A DNA stretch of 64,000 bases from Octopus vulgaris (GCA_951406725.2 OX597814.1:136338001-136402000); one strand, 5' to 3'; shown: positions 1 through 13,136, numbered from the stretch's first letter. Program-made: numbers and translations. Notes: a model not told the origin generated them from the sequence alone.

Positions 1-516
1 TAACATCTATAACACTTCTGACACCCAAAAATACAGAATCTGTTATTTTGAAATAAATTCGGAAATTCAGTAACATAAAAGAAACCTTCACAATTAAAAG
101 TGATGTTTATCGGAGTCGGTGACAGTAACGTATGAAAGAGATTCTGCGCAAACTAAGATTGCGTCTAAAGTAATTTCCAGTGGTTGCATGTTTCACGTCA
201 TTTAGAAAGGTATAATGGTAATATTCCACTCCCCTTGTTTGTGGGATTTGAAAGAAATTATTATATTGATGATTTTATGGATGTTCTCTTCTAAATCAAA
301 TCCACCAGCTCGCTCTTCTTAAGCGTCTTTCCACTTTCTGTAACCCTTTCACTCAAAAGCGTTTTACTAAAGACCCCTTTGCATGTTTTGTAAACTTCCC
401 AACAGACTATTTTAATCAGAAGGAAACCAATTTTGCGTTCTGTTGTTGCATGAACTTGTTCCACCTATGTTATATTTTTGAGGATAATACTAATGATAGC
501 AAGAACTTCTTATATA

Positions 517-680
517 AAGGTTTCACATTTTGGTATAGGGCCAGTAGGTTTTGAGGCAAGGGGGAAATCGATTACATCGACACCAGTACATGACTGATAC
601 TTGTTTTATCAACCCCTCAAAGGATGAAAGGCAAACTCGGCAGAATTCGAACTCAGAACGTAAAGACAGACGAAATGCAG
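517..680 (-). mobile_element. tRNA-derived SINE family A, 5'-truncated
   Basis: Matches the window consensus (gtcgattacatcgac...aaaggatgaaaggcaaa...gaactcagaacgta); B-box GAGTTCRAAT on minus strand. Confidence 0.8.
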
Positions 681-2454
681 CTTCTTATATAATGAAATTA
701 TATTAGACTTATTTGCATCATCAGTCCCGCTTTCTGCTCACTTTGCTTCTCATTTTCTGATCTTGGTAAATATTATTTTTGGAAACGTATTTAAAGTACA
801 TTTTATCTGGCTTAAATATTTTACTTCTAAGAAAAATCGTGACCCACATCACTACATACTAAACACTCAGCACTCTCATGATATTTGCTCTTCCCCTTAT
901 GAGCTCACAACGACAACAAAAGTGGTGGGGTACAGCCCAGGTTATGAACCAATGCTATTTAATTTAAAATATCTGTCAATATCTGTCGCCAATCGACATT
1001 GATAAACAGAATAAACATATGTTCCTCTAGCTCTTAACTTAATTAACAATTCCAATAAGAATTTTTCTTCTCTTTTTAGTATTTGTTTTCTGTATCATTT
1101 GTCTTCTCTGACAACCATATTGCCATTCTTATCGAACATTTTTTAAATACCTCCTACTGAACTAAAGTTTCTTCCTTTAGCAGTTGTACTATTTTTGACA
1201 AATTTTGTGACTGTAAAATTGTTTTATCTGTTGAGACAATTATTTTTACCGAGCCATGCCAGAGGTAATCTCTTATGGCAAGAATGTATCATCAAAATAG
1301 CATTTCTATGGCCTTTTATCCTTGTCTGTCTCCAAATAGCATTATACTGATAACATCTCAAATTTGCGTTTCTCTGATTAATATCCCAGTGCTTATATTT
1401 TCATACAGCCTCACTAATTGAAGCAATTAATCTTCCAGTATGACACATGAAGAACACTGGACTTCTAGATACTTCTAACCACTGGTAAAAATCCAAGATG
1501 ATTCAAAACAGAGAGACAGTATTTCGTATTGACAACATACTCCCAAGTACATGACACATAACATGATTAAGATATTGTCGAACATTCGACAAAGTTGAGT
1601 CGTTAAAAGTGGGTTAGATTTTAATTGGCTATGTCTATCAAAATATGTTGCAGGAGTGCCACACGTCTGGCGTCCGATGTCTGCATTCGATGCTTAGGAC
1701 AGGAACACAATTGTAAGCATTTGAAAAGTCTGACATAACTATCCCTTATGCTATTTACAAAACTATTTGCACAGCCCATCCTCCCTGTCTATTCTTACAT
1801 CGTTTCCATTTATAGAATATTAAATTACTTGTATATTTGTATTCATATTTAAATGAAACATTTGATAACCGACAGTCTGTGAATGCATTTTCACTAGGTT
1901 TCATTTAGCCATTCTGAATACAGTTTATTATGTCATAAATGTGCTAATCTACTGAATAAAGGTTGTCTTTATTGAAGAACAAACAACACACTTTTCTGTG
2001 ATAACTCTTAATAACTTTCACTGAAGTGCATAAAATATATATAACGATGGAACCTCTTTTTGTGAAAATTTAGCATTAGTCAAACATTCTATATTTTAAT
2101 ATATGCTTTAAAAAAATTTTCGTCTGGTCTATTGTTTTTAATAGAAATCTTTAACATGACAAATTACAACTGTCATACATATTCTCAGTTCGTAATGTTT
2201 CCTCATCTATACTGGCATTTCCCTTGTGAATATTTTCCAAATATTTGATCACTCCTGTAATAAACTACTGCTACCCGACTTAAATACCATCGCAGCCTTT
2301 TAGACTATAAACGTTTCATAGGAACAGCGTATAGTAGAGCACCAGTACAGTGTCTACTAGTTCTCGTATCGTACCTGGCTCCTAATAAAAAGTAGTAAAA
2401 GTCGAAACTGATACCAAAGGCACTAAGCTTCTTTATCGACTCTTTATTATCTAA

Positions 2455-2661
2455 TATCTTTTATCTTTTGCTTGTGTTAGTCATTAGACTGCAACCATGC
2501 TGGTGTACCACTTTGAAGAATTTTTAGTCGAATTAATCGACTCTAGTACTTTTTTTCTATAATAATTCTATCGGGTTCTTTTGCCGAACCGCTAATTTAC
2601 AGGAACGTAAGCACGCTAATACAGGATTTCAAGTGGTGGTGGAGACAAACACAAACACAAT

Positions 2662-2741
<80 letters not shown>

Positions 2742-2920
2742 CATTTATATATGTATATATGTATATACGACGTCTTCTTTCAGTTTCCGTTCCTCAAATC
2801 CATTTACAAGGCTTTGGTCAGCCCGTGGCTTATTATAGCTGAAGACACTTGTCCAAGTTGCCACGCAGTGGGACTGAATTTGGAACCATGTGGTTGGGAA
2901 GCAAGCTTCTTACCACACAG
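2455..2920 (-). mobile_element. tRNA-derived SINE family B (CORE-like) with internal (CA)n/(TA)n
   Basis: Same layout as 8945-9345 and 16139-16628: tRNA-like head, ttgggcaagtgtcttc segment resembling the CORE domain, internal microsatellite, 3' gactgaaacaagtaaaaga-type tail. Confidence 0.8.
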
Positions 2921-3011
2921 CAAAAGAAACTTTAATCAACATACGCAGACTAAGTGTACCCCACTTACTATAATCTAATCTTTATTTGATAAAGTAATTT
3001 AGTGTATCTAA

Positions 3012-3095
3012 TTTGGGTAAGTGCTTTTTACTATAGTCTCGGGCCAACCAAAACCTTGTGTGTGGATTTGGTAGACGGAGACTGAAAGAAGCCTG

Positions 3096-3147
<52 letters not shown>

Positions 3148-3768
3148 AATATAAAATCCGTTCCGTCTGTCTGTGTGTGTATGTCTTCTAGGATCTCGGG
3201 CAATCTCCATCCGATTGCGCTCAAATTTGATATGTAGGTACCGACGGTATCAGGGCGAGTATAAGTCTTGAAAAAATTACAAAAATCGATTCCAGGTGAG
3301 AATGCGATCGATAAAACCGTGGGAACGTGCATTTGTACGCGCAAGTACATCAGCTGTTGCGATCGATACTACGCGTACGCGAGAAAAATGCCCGTGCAGT
3401 TTGCGCAAAAAAAGCCGGCTGGCTTGAAATAATGCCACAACATGGGACGGTCGGACAAGTTGTTTTGAGAAAATTTGGTTTAAATGTTTGACAACTCAGC
3501 ACCGTCCATTGGACGGGGTACGTTTTGCTCGTAAACATATATATATATATATATATTTATATACATCTTTGAGTGTCTGTGTTTGTCCTCCCAGCATAGC
3601 TTGACGACCGATGCTGGTGTGTTTACGCCCCGTAACGTAGCGGTTCGGCAAGAGCGACCGATAGAATAAGTACTAGGCTTACAAAGAATAAGTCCTGGAG
3701 TCGATTTGCTCGACTAAAGGCGTTGCTCCAGCATGGCTGCAGTCAAATGACTGAAACAGATAAAAGAA
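3012..3768 (+). mobile_element. SINE family B, interrupted by a Helitron-like insertion
   Basis: 5' part 3012-3097 and 3' part ~3570-3768 are colinear with the family B consensus. Confidence 0.8.
3145..3532 (+). mobile_element. Non-autonomous Helitron-like element
   Basis: 5' TATAATATAAAA followed by gtctgtctgt; 3' hairpin ccgtccattggacgg (3502-3516) about 11 nt before terminal CTCGT (CTAGT-like); sits in the (TA)n tract of a SINE. Confidence 0.65.
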
Positions 3769-4257
3769 TATAATGAAAAGAAGAGAAATTATTTATTCTA
3801 TTGGATTTAACTTACCAGAGATAGCGCATATCCTAACAAATATTCAATTCCATGTTGAGATTATGTGAATTTAGGATCTTATAATTTAGAATCTGAAGAA
3901 TTTCCACTTCAGAGGTGATTTGCAGCTGAACCAGCTTTCGATAAATTTTATTTCGATGAAGTGTTTTCGATCAACGGTTCTCATATCTCTAAGTATATGT
4001 TTTGAAGATGAGACCTTTAAATTAATTCACGTAAAATATATTACTGCATGGTTGGTTACACAAGTCTCTTCTTTTACTTTTGTGTCATCCCTTCAATGGG
4101 GTCTGCTTTTAGGAAGAAAGAAAGAGAGAGAGACAGAGAAAGACAGAGTGAGAGAGAGAAAGAGCGTGTGTATGTGTGAGAGAGAACGATAGTGTGTCTT
4201 TGTATGAGTGAGGGTATGACAGAGTGTGTGCGTGGGTATGTCTGAAATAATGAGAGC

Positions 4258-4310
<53 letters not shown>

Positions 4311-4479
4311 TGTGCGCGTGCAGTTGTGCACGCGTGTGTGTTTTGTGTTGGCAGTAATATAAGGTGTTACGGACAAATGATATTGATATGACAACAATGT
4401 ACGCCAACTATCGTCGGAACTAGGCGAGGATTCGGGTTGTAGTGTAGTAATGTAGCCTATTGCATACCGACACAAAGAG

Positions 4480-4712
4480 GCACTCGGTTGGACAAGCACA
4501 GTCACACAAACACACACACACACACACACACATACATATATGTATTCATATATACGACAGGCTTCTTTCAGTTTCTGTCTACCAAATCCACTCACAAGGC
4601 TTTGGTCGGCCCGAGGCTATAGAAGAAGACACTTGCCCAAGGTGCCACGCGGTGGGACTGAACCCGGAACCATGTGGTTCGTAAGCAAGCTACTTACCAC
4701 ACAGCCACTCCT
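4480..4712 (-). mobile_element. SINE family B, 5' half
   Basis: Head ggagtggctgtgtggtaag...ggttcagtccc on minus strand, close to the other copies. Confidence 0.85.
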
Positions 4713-5195
4713 ATGTCTATCCTTTACTATCCTGTCTGTTTTCCTTGTTTTGCCGAACGTAGTGTATTCTAGGATTACAATATGTTGTCATCCACTTTTC
4801 ATGGTAGACGGAAACTGGAAGAAGCCCGTCGTATTTACACTTTTCATGATGAAAGGGTATGGTTTGAAGATGGTTTAGCAGCTATTTCTAGCAGGCTCAA
4901 CGGCTATGTAGAGACCTCTTTGTTGGCTCATCGCTGGATATTTTATTTACATCAGCAACATATCCAGAAAAAAACTATTCCAAATTTGTGAAACCCGTAA
5001 AGCTCAACCTAATACCAGTTTCCGTATAATTAAACGGATAACAAAACCACATTCACTTCAACAGGATACCAGACTACTGCAGCTTTTTTACTCACAGACC
5101 ATTCCGGATGAACTGGATATCAGGCTATGAGTAACGAATATACTATGAAGTGAATCTCCCATTTCTCCTTTGTGATTAGCTGACACTGTCTTTTT

Positions 5196-5242
<47 letters not shown>

Positions 5243-5302
5243 GCATGTACAGAAGTTTCAAAAGTTTATTGCATGTTCCGAAAACCAACATTTCCAACAA
5301 AA

Positions 5303-5520
5303 TATTGATTTCAAATTTTGGCACAAGACCAGCAAGTTCGAGATAGGTGGGAAAGTCGATTACACCGACCTCAGTGCTCAAATGGTACTTATCTTATCAG
5401 TCAAAAAGGATGAAAGGCTCAGTCGACCTCGGTGCTATTGGAACTCAGATCGTAGAGACAGACGAAATACGCTAAGCATTTTTGCCCGGCATTCTAACGA
5501 TCCTGCCAGCTCGCTGCCTT
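5303..5520 (-). mobile_element. SINE family A, near full length
   Basis: A-box-like tggcag...gtt head and B-box on minus strand; family A body and tail. Confidence 0.85.
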
Positions 5521-7149
5521 TCCATCAAAATATTGCCACGTCTTAACTGACGGGCGCGCTCACCACCGTTTGAAACATTGATCCTGTAGGTATTTAAACT
5601 GCAGAGTCGTTACAAAGGGACATTTTAAAGTACTAATCTCTGCATTTAGATAAGCTTCCTATAAAGAACATTATTTATACTTGAATATAAACGTATACAT
5701 CACCTCAGCCTTTAATCTCTTTTTTTCCTTCATTTTACTCAGTAAAAAATACAGTAATAAAATATATTTTCTGCTTAAGTGACAAGCCTTTCATTGTCTG
5801 AATGTATCTATTTCCGGTTCTGAAATGGCGTTCTGCAGACTGGGGTGACATGTCCTTTTATATTCGTTCCTTTGCAGTCAAATAAAATCGTGATTTAAAG
5901 ATCTCCAAGTACCTCATAATGGGATGAACGTTTTCAATGTTTCATCCCATATTTATCTACTTTCTTATTTTTGGAAGAATATTTTCACATTACTGGATAG
6001 TAATGTTGATCAAGTCAATTTAGTTAGTTGCGTCCAGAAGTTATACTTTTTCTAGGACAAAATATTTAAAATCATACACACATAAAATAAAATGAAATAC
6101 AACTCAATTAGAAAGGTTGAAGTAAGAGATGTCTACACGAACGATATGGTTTAACTAAATATCAATGAGGGTGGTGGGTGGCAGATTCCGCAATGGACAA
6201 AATATCTTCTGATATCTAGTTACGTCCTTTTACATTCTAAGTTCAAATTTTGCCAGAATCGACTTTGGTTTTCATCCTATTATAGGTCTATGTGTACAGA
6301 AATAGTTAAGTATCGTGACAAAGTCTAACGATTTAAATCCCATTGAAAATTATATATTGTTGTCAATAAATAGATAAATAAATAAAATTACATTACATTA
6401 AATTAAATCAAGCGTCGTGGTTTCGGAAAAATTTCCTTTACATTTTTCTCTACTTCAAAAGAGAAATTGTCTTAATATTCCATGTCGAAAAATGGTTAAT
6501 CAAAAATGGCAAAACCGAGCTTTTAACAATGTCATATAACATAAAGATCAAATTGGCAAAAAAAAATAAAGAAAAAAAAAATTAGAGAAAATAAATAAAT
6601 AAAAATAGATCAATATGTTATTTCTAGTTTTATCCCTTATCAACAGAATTCCGAGGGAAAAGCAAAAGAATAAAAAAAAAAGGGAAAAGTAAAAAAAATA
6701 AGAAACAGAAAAGAAAAATATAACAAAAGCACAAAGCTTAATTGATAAACACTTTCTAAGAGTTGGACATCTCTAATTCAAACGCATCGGCCAAGTTTTC
6801 TATTATTTGCCAAGGTTTTCTGGGGAAAATAGATTTCTGGACATTTCTAAATAGAGTTTACAAGTACATTTTCGTGCCGAACAAATACGAATATTCCTAT
6901 AAAATAGCTACGCATATTCTGTACATTGAAATACATTGAAAACGTTTTATCACATTAGTATGGACCAGCAAATCTTTGTAAATTCTGATTCTATTTTCAC
7001 TGTAGTGGTTTCCCTAGAAATTGATTCATATGTTTCATTCATTCTTTAACTTTCACGGTATGTCAGCAATTTTCTACTTTCGAAGTTGTTATCTATCAAA
7101 CTTTGCATTATAGTTTCCACCATTGCTTAAAAATCATTCTATAGTAGTT

Positions 7150-7425
7150 CCTCGTGCAGTTAGACATAGCAGACAAATCTCACTCAAATTGCACCCCATT
7201 GTCTTAAAAACGTAAGAATACATTGAATAATGTATTAGATACACAAAAAGACTTTCTAAGTTATCTACCACTCTTTGCATTACAGATTTCACCATTTCGT
7301 GGAAAGCTCTCTGTAGGTACTTGCACTGCTAGAAACAGCAGACAAACCTCATTCAATTTGCTCCCAACTGTCTTAAAACGTAAGAAAAGATTAAATAATA
7401 TGATGTAGATATACTAGAAGATTTC
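7150..7425 (+). repeat. Two tandem copies of a short dispersed repeat (family E, tgctagaaayagcagmcaaa...gtcttaaaa)
   Basis: 7155-7250 and 7323-7420 align; related pieces near 4855-4900, 8735-8770, 18070-18180, 30430-30475, 31040-31075 and 43920-43990. Confidence 0.55.
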
Positions 7426-7689
7426 AGAGTGGTTAACTTTCAATGTTGAGAAATATCGAGACCTAGCCAAAGTAATAACGAATTTGTAGAATACAAAGGG
7501 GACAAATGTTTCAATGGTAATTGGTGCACAAAGCAAAAAATCTCAAAGAAGTTAGAGAATACAGAAACTGAGACAAGCATTATCGGCCACCAGGAAAGTG
7601 CCATCTAAAGATTGTTGAAATTCGAAGAGACTTGTTGTCAACAAACCGCAGGATAAGATATATACCAATTAAATTAGCATGCAATAGGT

Positions 7690-7763
<74 letters not shown>

Positions 7764-7794
7764 ATAATAATAATAATAATACTGATAATAATAA

Positions 7795-8350
7795 ATGCCC
7801 TGATGCAGTACCAGGCACTGGCCTTCATGGTTTCTCATCTTAACTGATTGGAAGTGTTATCGTGTATATTGTTTTGTCATGGTATTAAAGATGGGCTACA
7901 GCAAATTTTCTGCTCAGTACCACAGATTTTCTTGTCGGTTGTTTGACCTTAACCAGTTGAGCATGTCCCTTAGTGGCTGACGATATGTGCATCTCTGATC
8001 GCGAGCAGAAGTAGTGGGGGAGCATCATAGCCATGTGTTGAGAGGGATTCTTTGGGGTTTGAATAATTCACCTCTGGAAACATGGGTGTTTCGTTCGACA
8101 GCCTTAAACAACCCTTATTCAGGGACCTTTTGAGCGGGATGGGCTACTCAACCTGAAGAAAATTCTAACTGGGCCCCACCTGCATGGTCATGCGCTGTTA
8201 ATCTTGATATGAAATCACCTTGTCGCGCACATATGGTTGTGATGCATGTGCCTGGTGTACCCTTATCAGACGGGTAGTTATGATGGGTATACTGAGCTTC
8301 GTATATTTTAACCCGGTGTCGATTTGATGGCACGCACTGCTCTCTCAATA
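7795..8350 (+). mobile_element. Unclassified ~560-bp interspersed repeat (family D) embedded in (TAA)n
   Basis: Reverse-complement copy at 42790-43231 and fragment at 52345-52512; both long copies abut TAA/TAC repeats. Confidence 0.75.
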
Positions 8351-8360
8351 ACAATAATAA

Positions 8361-8520
8361 TCCTTTTTGCTATAGGCACAAGGCCTAAAATTTGAGGGAG
8401 AGGAATAAACGATTACGTTCACCCCAGAGTTTCACTGGTACTTAATTTATCGACCTCGAAAGGAAGCAAGGCAAAGTCGACCTCGCCCGGCGTGCTAACG
8501 ATTCTGCTAGCTCACCGACT
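8361..8520 (-). mobile_element. SINE family A, internally deleted
   Basis: Family A tail and head present, B-box segment missing. Confidence 0.75.
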
Positions 8521-8944
8521 TAATAATAATGGTGATGATGATGATAATAATAATAATAACAATAATAATAATAACAACAACAACAACAACAACAACAATA
8601 ATAATAATAATAAATGACAGAAGAAATTTAATGATTTTATCAAGAGGTTAGCATGAAATAAATGAAACCATAAAGGCTACAATTTATACTAATTTATAAT
8701 TATATGGAAGGGTGCATATAAACGCCACTAACACGCTAGAAATAGACGTCAAATGGCTCTAAAAACCACATGCACACTCCGTTAGCACAGGTTGTAAACA
8801 GGCAGATGGATGAATAATTTTTTTAAAAAATTGATTAATTGCAGATCGATTTCTGGCTTACGATTGTAAAACTCTTTGCTTTCTTCAGTAGAATGGTGTC
8901 TATTTCTAGCGTGTTAGTGGGATTTATCTACACCCTTCGATATA

Positions 8945-9345
8945 CTCTTTTACTCTTTTACTTGTTTCAGTCATTTGACTGCGGCCATGCTGGAGCACTG
9001 CCTTTAGTCGAGCAAATCGACCCCGGGACTTATTCTTTGTAAGCCCAGTACTTATTCTATCGGTGACTTTTGCCGAACCGCTAAGTTACGAGGACGTAAA
9101 CACACCACCATCGGTTGTCAAGCAATGCTAGGGGGGCAAACACAGACACACAAACACATACACACACACACACATATATATATACATATATACGGCAGGC
9201 TTCTTTCAGTTTCCGTCTACCGAATCCACTCACAAGGCATTGGTCGGCCCGGGGCTATAGCACTTGCCCAAGATGCCACGCAGTGGAACTGAACCCGGAA
9301 CCATGTGGTTGGTTAGCAAGCTACTTACCACACAGCCACTCCTGC
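8945..9345 (-). mobile_element. SINE family B, full length
   Basis: Nearly identical to 16139-16628. Confidence 0.9.
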
Positions 9346-9435
9346 ACCTATGATTATATTATACTTATGCTATATATATATTTATATATATAATGAGCTA
9401 AACGGAAAGTGGAGTTCACGAGAATCAGTATTCAT

Positions 9436-9538
9436 CACAACGATCGTTTCGACCCATCTTGCGACGGTTCTTTGCGCGTGGGATACTGTACAACTGGCTA
9501 TGTTGCATTCTCTGGTGTAGATGCATCTCATCAGGTGT
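9436..9538 (-). ncRNA. Type I hammerhead-like ribozyme with long stem II
   Basis: acac-CUGAUGA-gaugcauc...gauggguc-GAAAC-gauc-GUU-gug; palindromic stem III ACGAUCGU. Confidence 0.65.
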
Positions 9539-9772
9539 CTTGATTTAAAGAAGATATATCGCTAGATATATTCGGTTCCGCTTGGTATGTTATTCTTGCC
9601 AGTAGGTTATTGGCTATAAGGCCAATAAGAAGGAAAACTGTATATATGTATATATACGTGTGTATATAATGTATGTGTCTTATCAAGTGCCTTATAGCCA
9701 ATAACCTACTGGCAACAATAACATACCAAGCGGAACCGAGTATATTTAGAGAAGTATCTTCTTTAAAACAAG

Positions 9773-9871
9773 ACACCTGATGAGATGCATCTACACCAGC
9801 GGATGCAACCAAATATACAGTATCCCACGTGCAAGAGACCGATGCAAGATGGGTCGAAACAATCGTTGTGT
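9773..9871 (+). ncRNA. Type I hammerhead-like ribozyme with long stem II
   Basis: ACAC(9773)-CTGATGA(9777-9783)-~72 nt closed by gatgcatc/gatgggtc-GAAAC(9856)-aatc-GTT-GTGT. Confidence 0.65.
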
Positions 9872-10075
9872 GAATAAAGATTCTCGTAAACACCATTTTC
9901 AGTTTCCCTCATTCATCATAAACTCAACGAATACGGTGGAATTCCTGAAGTAGAACCAGTGATACTTATATCAAATTTGATGATGACATCAGGTAGCCTA
10001 AACAGTGAAAGTGCTCTAATTGGCATACTACTAACCGTACACTCAAAGTCCAAATAATTATATATATACCCACAT

Positions 10076-10410
10076 ATATATATAAGATGGAGGTTTTTCG
10101 ATGTATCTCATCTTATCAAATATCAGTAATAATTTATAAAAATTTGAAGTAAAAACAGTTTATATTTTGTCTGGGGGTTAAGAACATGTCCTTGTCCCCA
10201 AGAACATGTTCTTGACCCCAGGTAGGAGATAAAATGTTTTTACTTCAAATTTTTATAAATTTTTACAGATATTTGATAAGATGATATACATCGAAGACCG
10301 GTAATATTTTCTTTATATAATCTTTTAAATCATTTTTATTAAATTCCCTCTTAAATTGAAATGTCTTAGACTTACTTCTGTACTATTTCCACCTCCATCT
10401 TTTATATATA
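10076..10410. repeat. Palindromic fold-back (MITE-like) element
   Basis: ~95-bp arms 10098-10190 and 10200-10294, plus outer IR tatataagatggaggt / acctccatcttttata. Confidence 0.7.
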
Positions 10411-10469
10411 AAAATTTGATTTGCATAGATTTCTAATCTTTTTTTCAACCTATGTATATATATATCTAT

Positions 10470-10615
<146 letters not shown>

Positions 10616-10999
10616 ATATATGCGTATGTATGTATATATATGTATGTATATATGCATGTATGTATGTGTGGGGGTGGGGGTATATATATGTGTATATATG
10701 TGTGTGTGTATGTATGCATGTATCTATTTATGCATGCATATACGTAATATATCTTTTGACTTACACATCAGAGATGTAAGCATAATTACAGAAAATGAAA
10801 CTTCAGTGGGCTTTTCGAAAGAGGTTTTTTGCTTGTGATAGTTGTTCTACACTGGGTTACAGACACTCCCTTGTCACCCTCACAGTCAAGAATATATTAA
10901 TCTAGTGATTATTTCTTTCGAAACCTCTAGTTTTCACGACTCTACATTTCACGAAATGTGGTCTAAAATGAAAAGGGAAATATATTGTTTCTAGTTACT

Positions 11000-11380
11000 C
11001 AGTGTTAGACCAAACGAAGTATATAATCATGCACGTTAAAATTAGAGAGTTCATACTCTGGAAATCATGCCAGAATTATCAAGAATATGCAGAGAGAAGT
11101 GTACAAACACACAGCACAGTCTTAGATGATGTTCGTACAACACTCTAGGACATGCCGATTCTTGCGGACAGACATTAAGGAAAAATAGTCCAGATATTAT
11201 TATCAAAAACTAGCAGAAAAACAAATGTATCCTATCTGTTATAGAATTCCAAGCGGGGATATTTTATCTCTGAAGGATATGAAGAAAGTATCCAAATGTA
11301 CAGACCTGGAAATACAGATAACCAGAAGGCTTGGATTCAATGCAGAAATATTTCCCATGATAACACATACTTCGAAAATG
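11000..11380 (+). pseudogene. Decayed restriction-like endonuclease region of an R4/Dong-type non-LTR retrotransposon
   Basis: Frameshifted translation L*DMPILADR...PDIIIK...KKVSKCTDLEIQITRRLG resembles the WD.PI.TDR...RPD...KY.DLEIEI pattern. Confidence 0.6.
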
Positions 11381-11581
11381 AAAAGAGAGAAAAATAGATA
11401 AAGACAAATATATAACCTGCTTCGCTACAAATTACACAATACAACAAATAGTACCATTCAGCACTGCATACACAATACGCACAATATTTTCCTTGCGGAA
11501 AGAAGAAAGAAATGGGGGAACACGGAGCTGTAATGGGGAAGGATGCACAGAACTAAAATAGACTATTGAAATAATAATAAC

Positions 11582-11645
<64 letters not shown>

Positions 11646-11647
<2 letters not shown>

Positions 11648-11860
11648 CCTTTCTACTATAGGCACAAGGCCTGTAATATGGGAAGGGGAACTAGTCGATT
11701 ACATCGGCCTCAGTGCTTCACTGGTACTTAATTTATCGACCCCGAAAGGATGAATGACAAAGTCGAACTCGGCAGAATATGAACTCAGAACGTAGCGACG
11801 GGCGAAATACCCCTAAGCATTTCGTCCAGCGTGCCAACGATTCTGCCATTTCGCTTCTTT
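11646..11860 (-). mobile_element. SINE family A with (TAA)n tail
   Basis: Family consensus match; (AAT)n at 11570-11647. Confidence 0.85.
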
Positions 11861-11928
11861 AATAAAAAATAGTAATTCTTTCCATTGAAACCTCAAGGCC
11901 TGAAATTTGGTTGGAGGGAATGAGTCGA

Positions 11929-11972
<44 letters not shown>

Positions 11973-12198
11973 CAATAATAATAAAGAGGTAAGATGAATT
12001 AATTTTATTATTATTGAAATATAATTTACTCCCTGATCGAAAACTGCAGTTTCTGCGGGATTGCTCGTAGCACAAACGTGGGTATTGAGGATAAATATGT
12101 GTTCACATTCGGCTGTATATTTTTGGAAGTGTTCGTTGAATATCGGTTATGCGATGACGCTTGATCGCGTACATCTTTAAATTTATATTTCGAAATGT

Positions 12199-12262
12199 TG
12201 CACTGAAGATGAGAAATAATTAAGTAAATATAACTTTACTTTAATCTCGAAACGCGTATGTA
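12199..12262 (+). ncRNA. Minimal type I hammerhead ribozyme
   Basis: ugca-CUGAAGA-u-gaga...ucuc-GAAAC-gc-GUA-ugua; AU-rich extended stem II; palindromic stem III ACGCGU. Confidence 0.7.
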
Positions 12263-12456
12263 GCTAATCTGAGTCGTGTGGATTCGTTATTTTTTCTTTT
12301 TGCCTACGTAAATAAGAGTGTTACTGTCTGGAAGATCTTTATGGTGGTAGAAAAGGCATTTTAACTCCTATTTCTAAATTCGGTGCGTAGCGTAGCAATT
12401 AGATGACCCCTGATTATAATTATGTTCATAATCATAGAATATTTGCATGTATATAT

Positions 12457-12526
<70 letters not shown>

Positions 12527-12627
12527 GAGATGGGCTTCCTTTAGTTTTCATCTGCTAAATTCACTCACAAGGCTTTGGTCGGCTCGTGGCTATTGTAGAA
12601 GACACCTACCAAAGGTACCAATATACG

Positions 12628-12905
12628 TGAGGGCATATGCCCTCGAAGTTAGGGTGTCGCAATCACGATCGCGAAATCGTGACTTTACTTCCGGTACTGC
12701 GTGGTGCGTTGTGTTCTTGAACAAAGCATTTCATCTCACATTGATCTTTGATCATTTCCACACCTTACGTGCTGGTACATCGACGTGTTCGGTCAATGTT
12801 GATTTGATGGAGGGTGTGAGCTTATTTGCAGCACACACGTTTGATTAAATCATGAGTGCAAGTTATTCAAATAAAAAAAAAAATGAACGCTCATACGTCA
12901 TCTTC
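12628..12905 (+). mobile_element. tRNA-derived SINE family C, diverged
   Basis: gcgttgtgttcttgarcaa...catttcat motif shared with 29700-29915 and 45305-45630. Confidence 0.6.
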
Positions 12906-13100
12906 AACGGGAAATTTGGGGGGGAGGGAGGAAAAGTCGATTATATCGACCCCATTGTTCAACTGGTACTTATCTAATTGACCCCGAAAGGATGAAAGGT
13001 GAAGTCGACCACGGCGAAATTTGAACTCAGATTCTGTCAGTTTGCTGCTCTACTACTACTACTATTACTACTACTACTACTGCTACTACTACTACTACTG

Positions 13101-13136
<36 letters not shown>

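Larger units (their letters stand above)
9392..10030. mobile_element. Fold-back element with hammerhead-bearing arms (Penelope pLTR-like)
   Basis: Inverted arms 9392-9622 and 9689-9913 around a TA/TG spacer; right arm continues to ~10030 and matches 25927-26061 in reverse. Confidence 0.7.

Noticed and set aside
8075-8125. Permuted hammerhead in family D (minus strand gggu-u-GUU...GAAACaccc)
   Set aside because: A P3-like hairpin exists, but there is no CUGANGA box at the expected downstream spacing.
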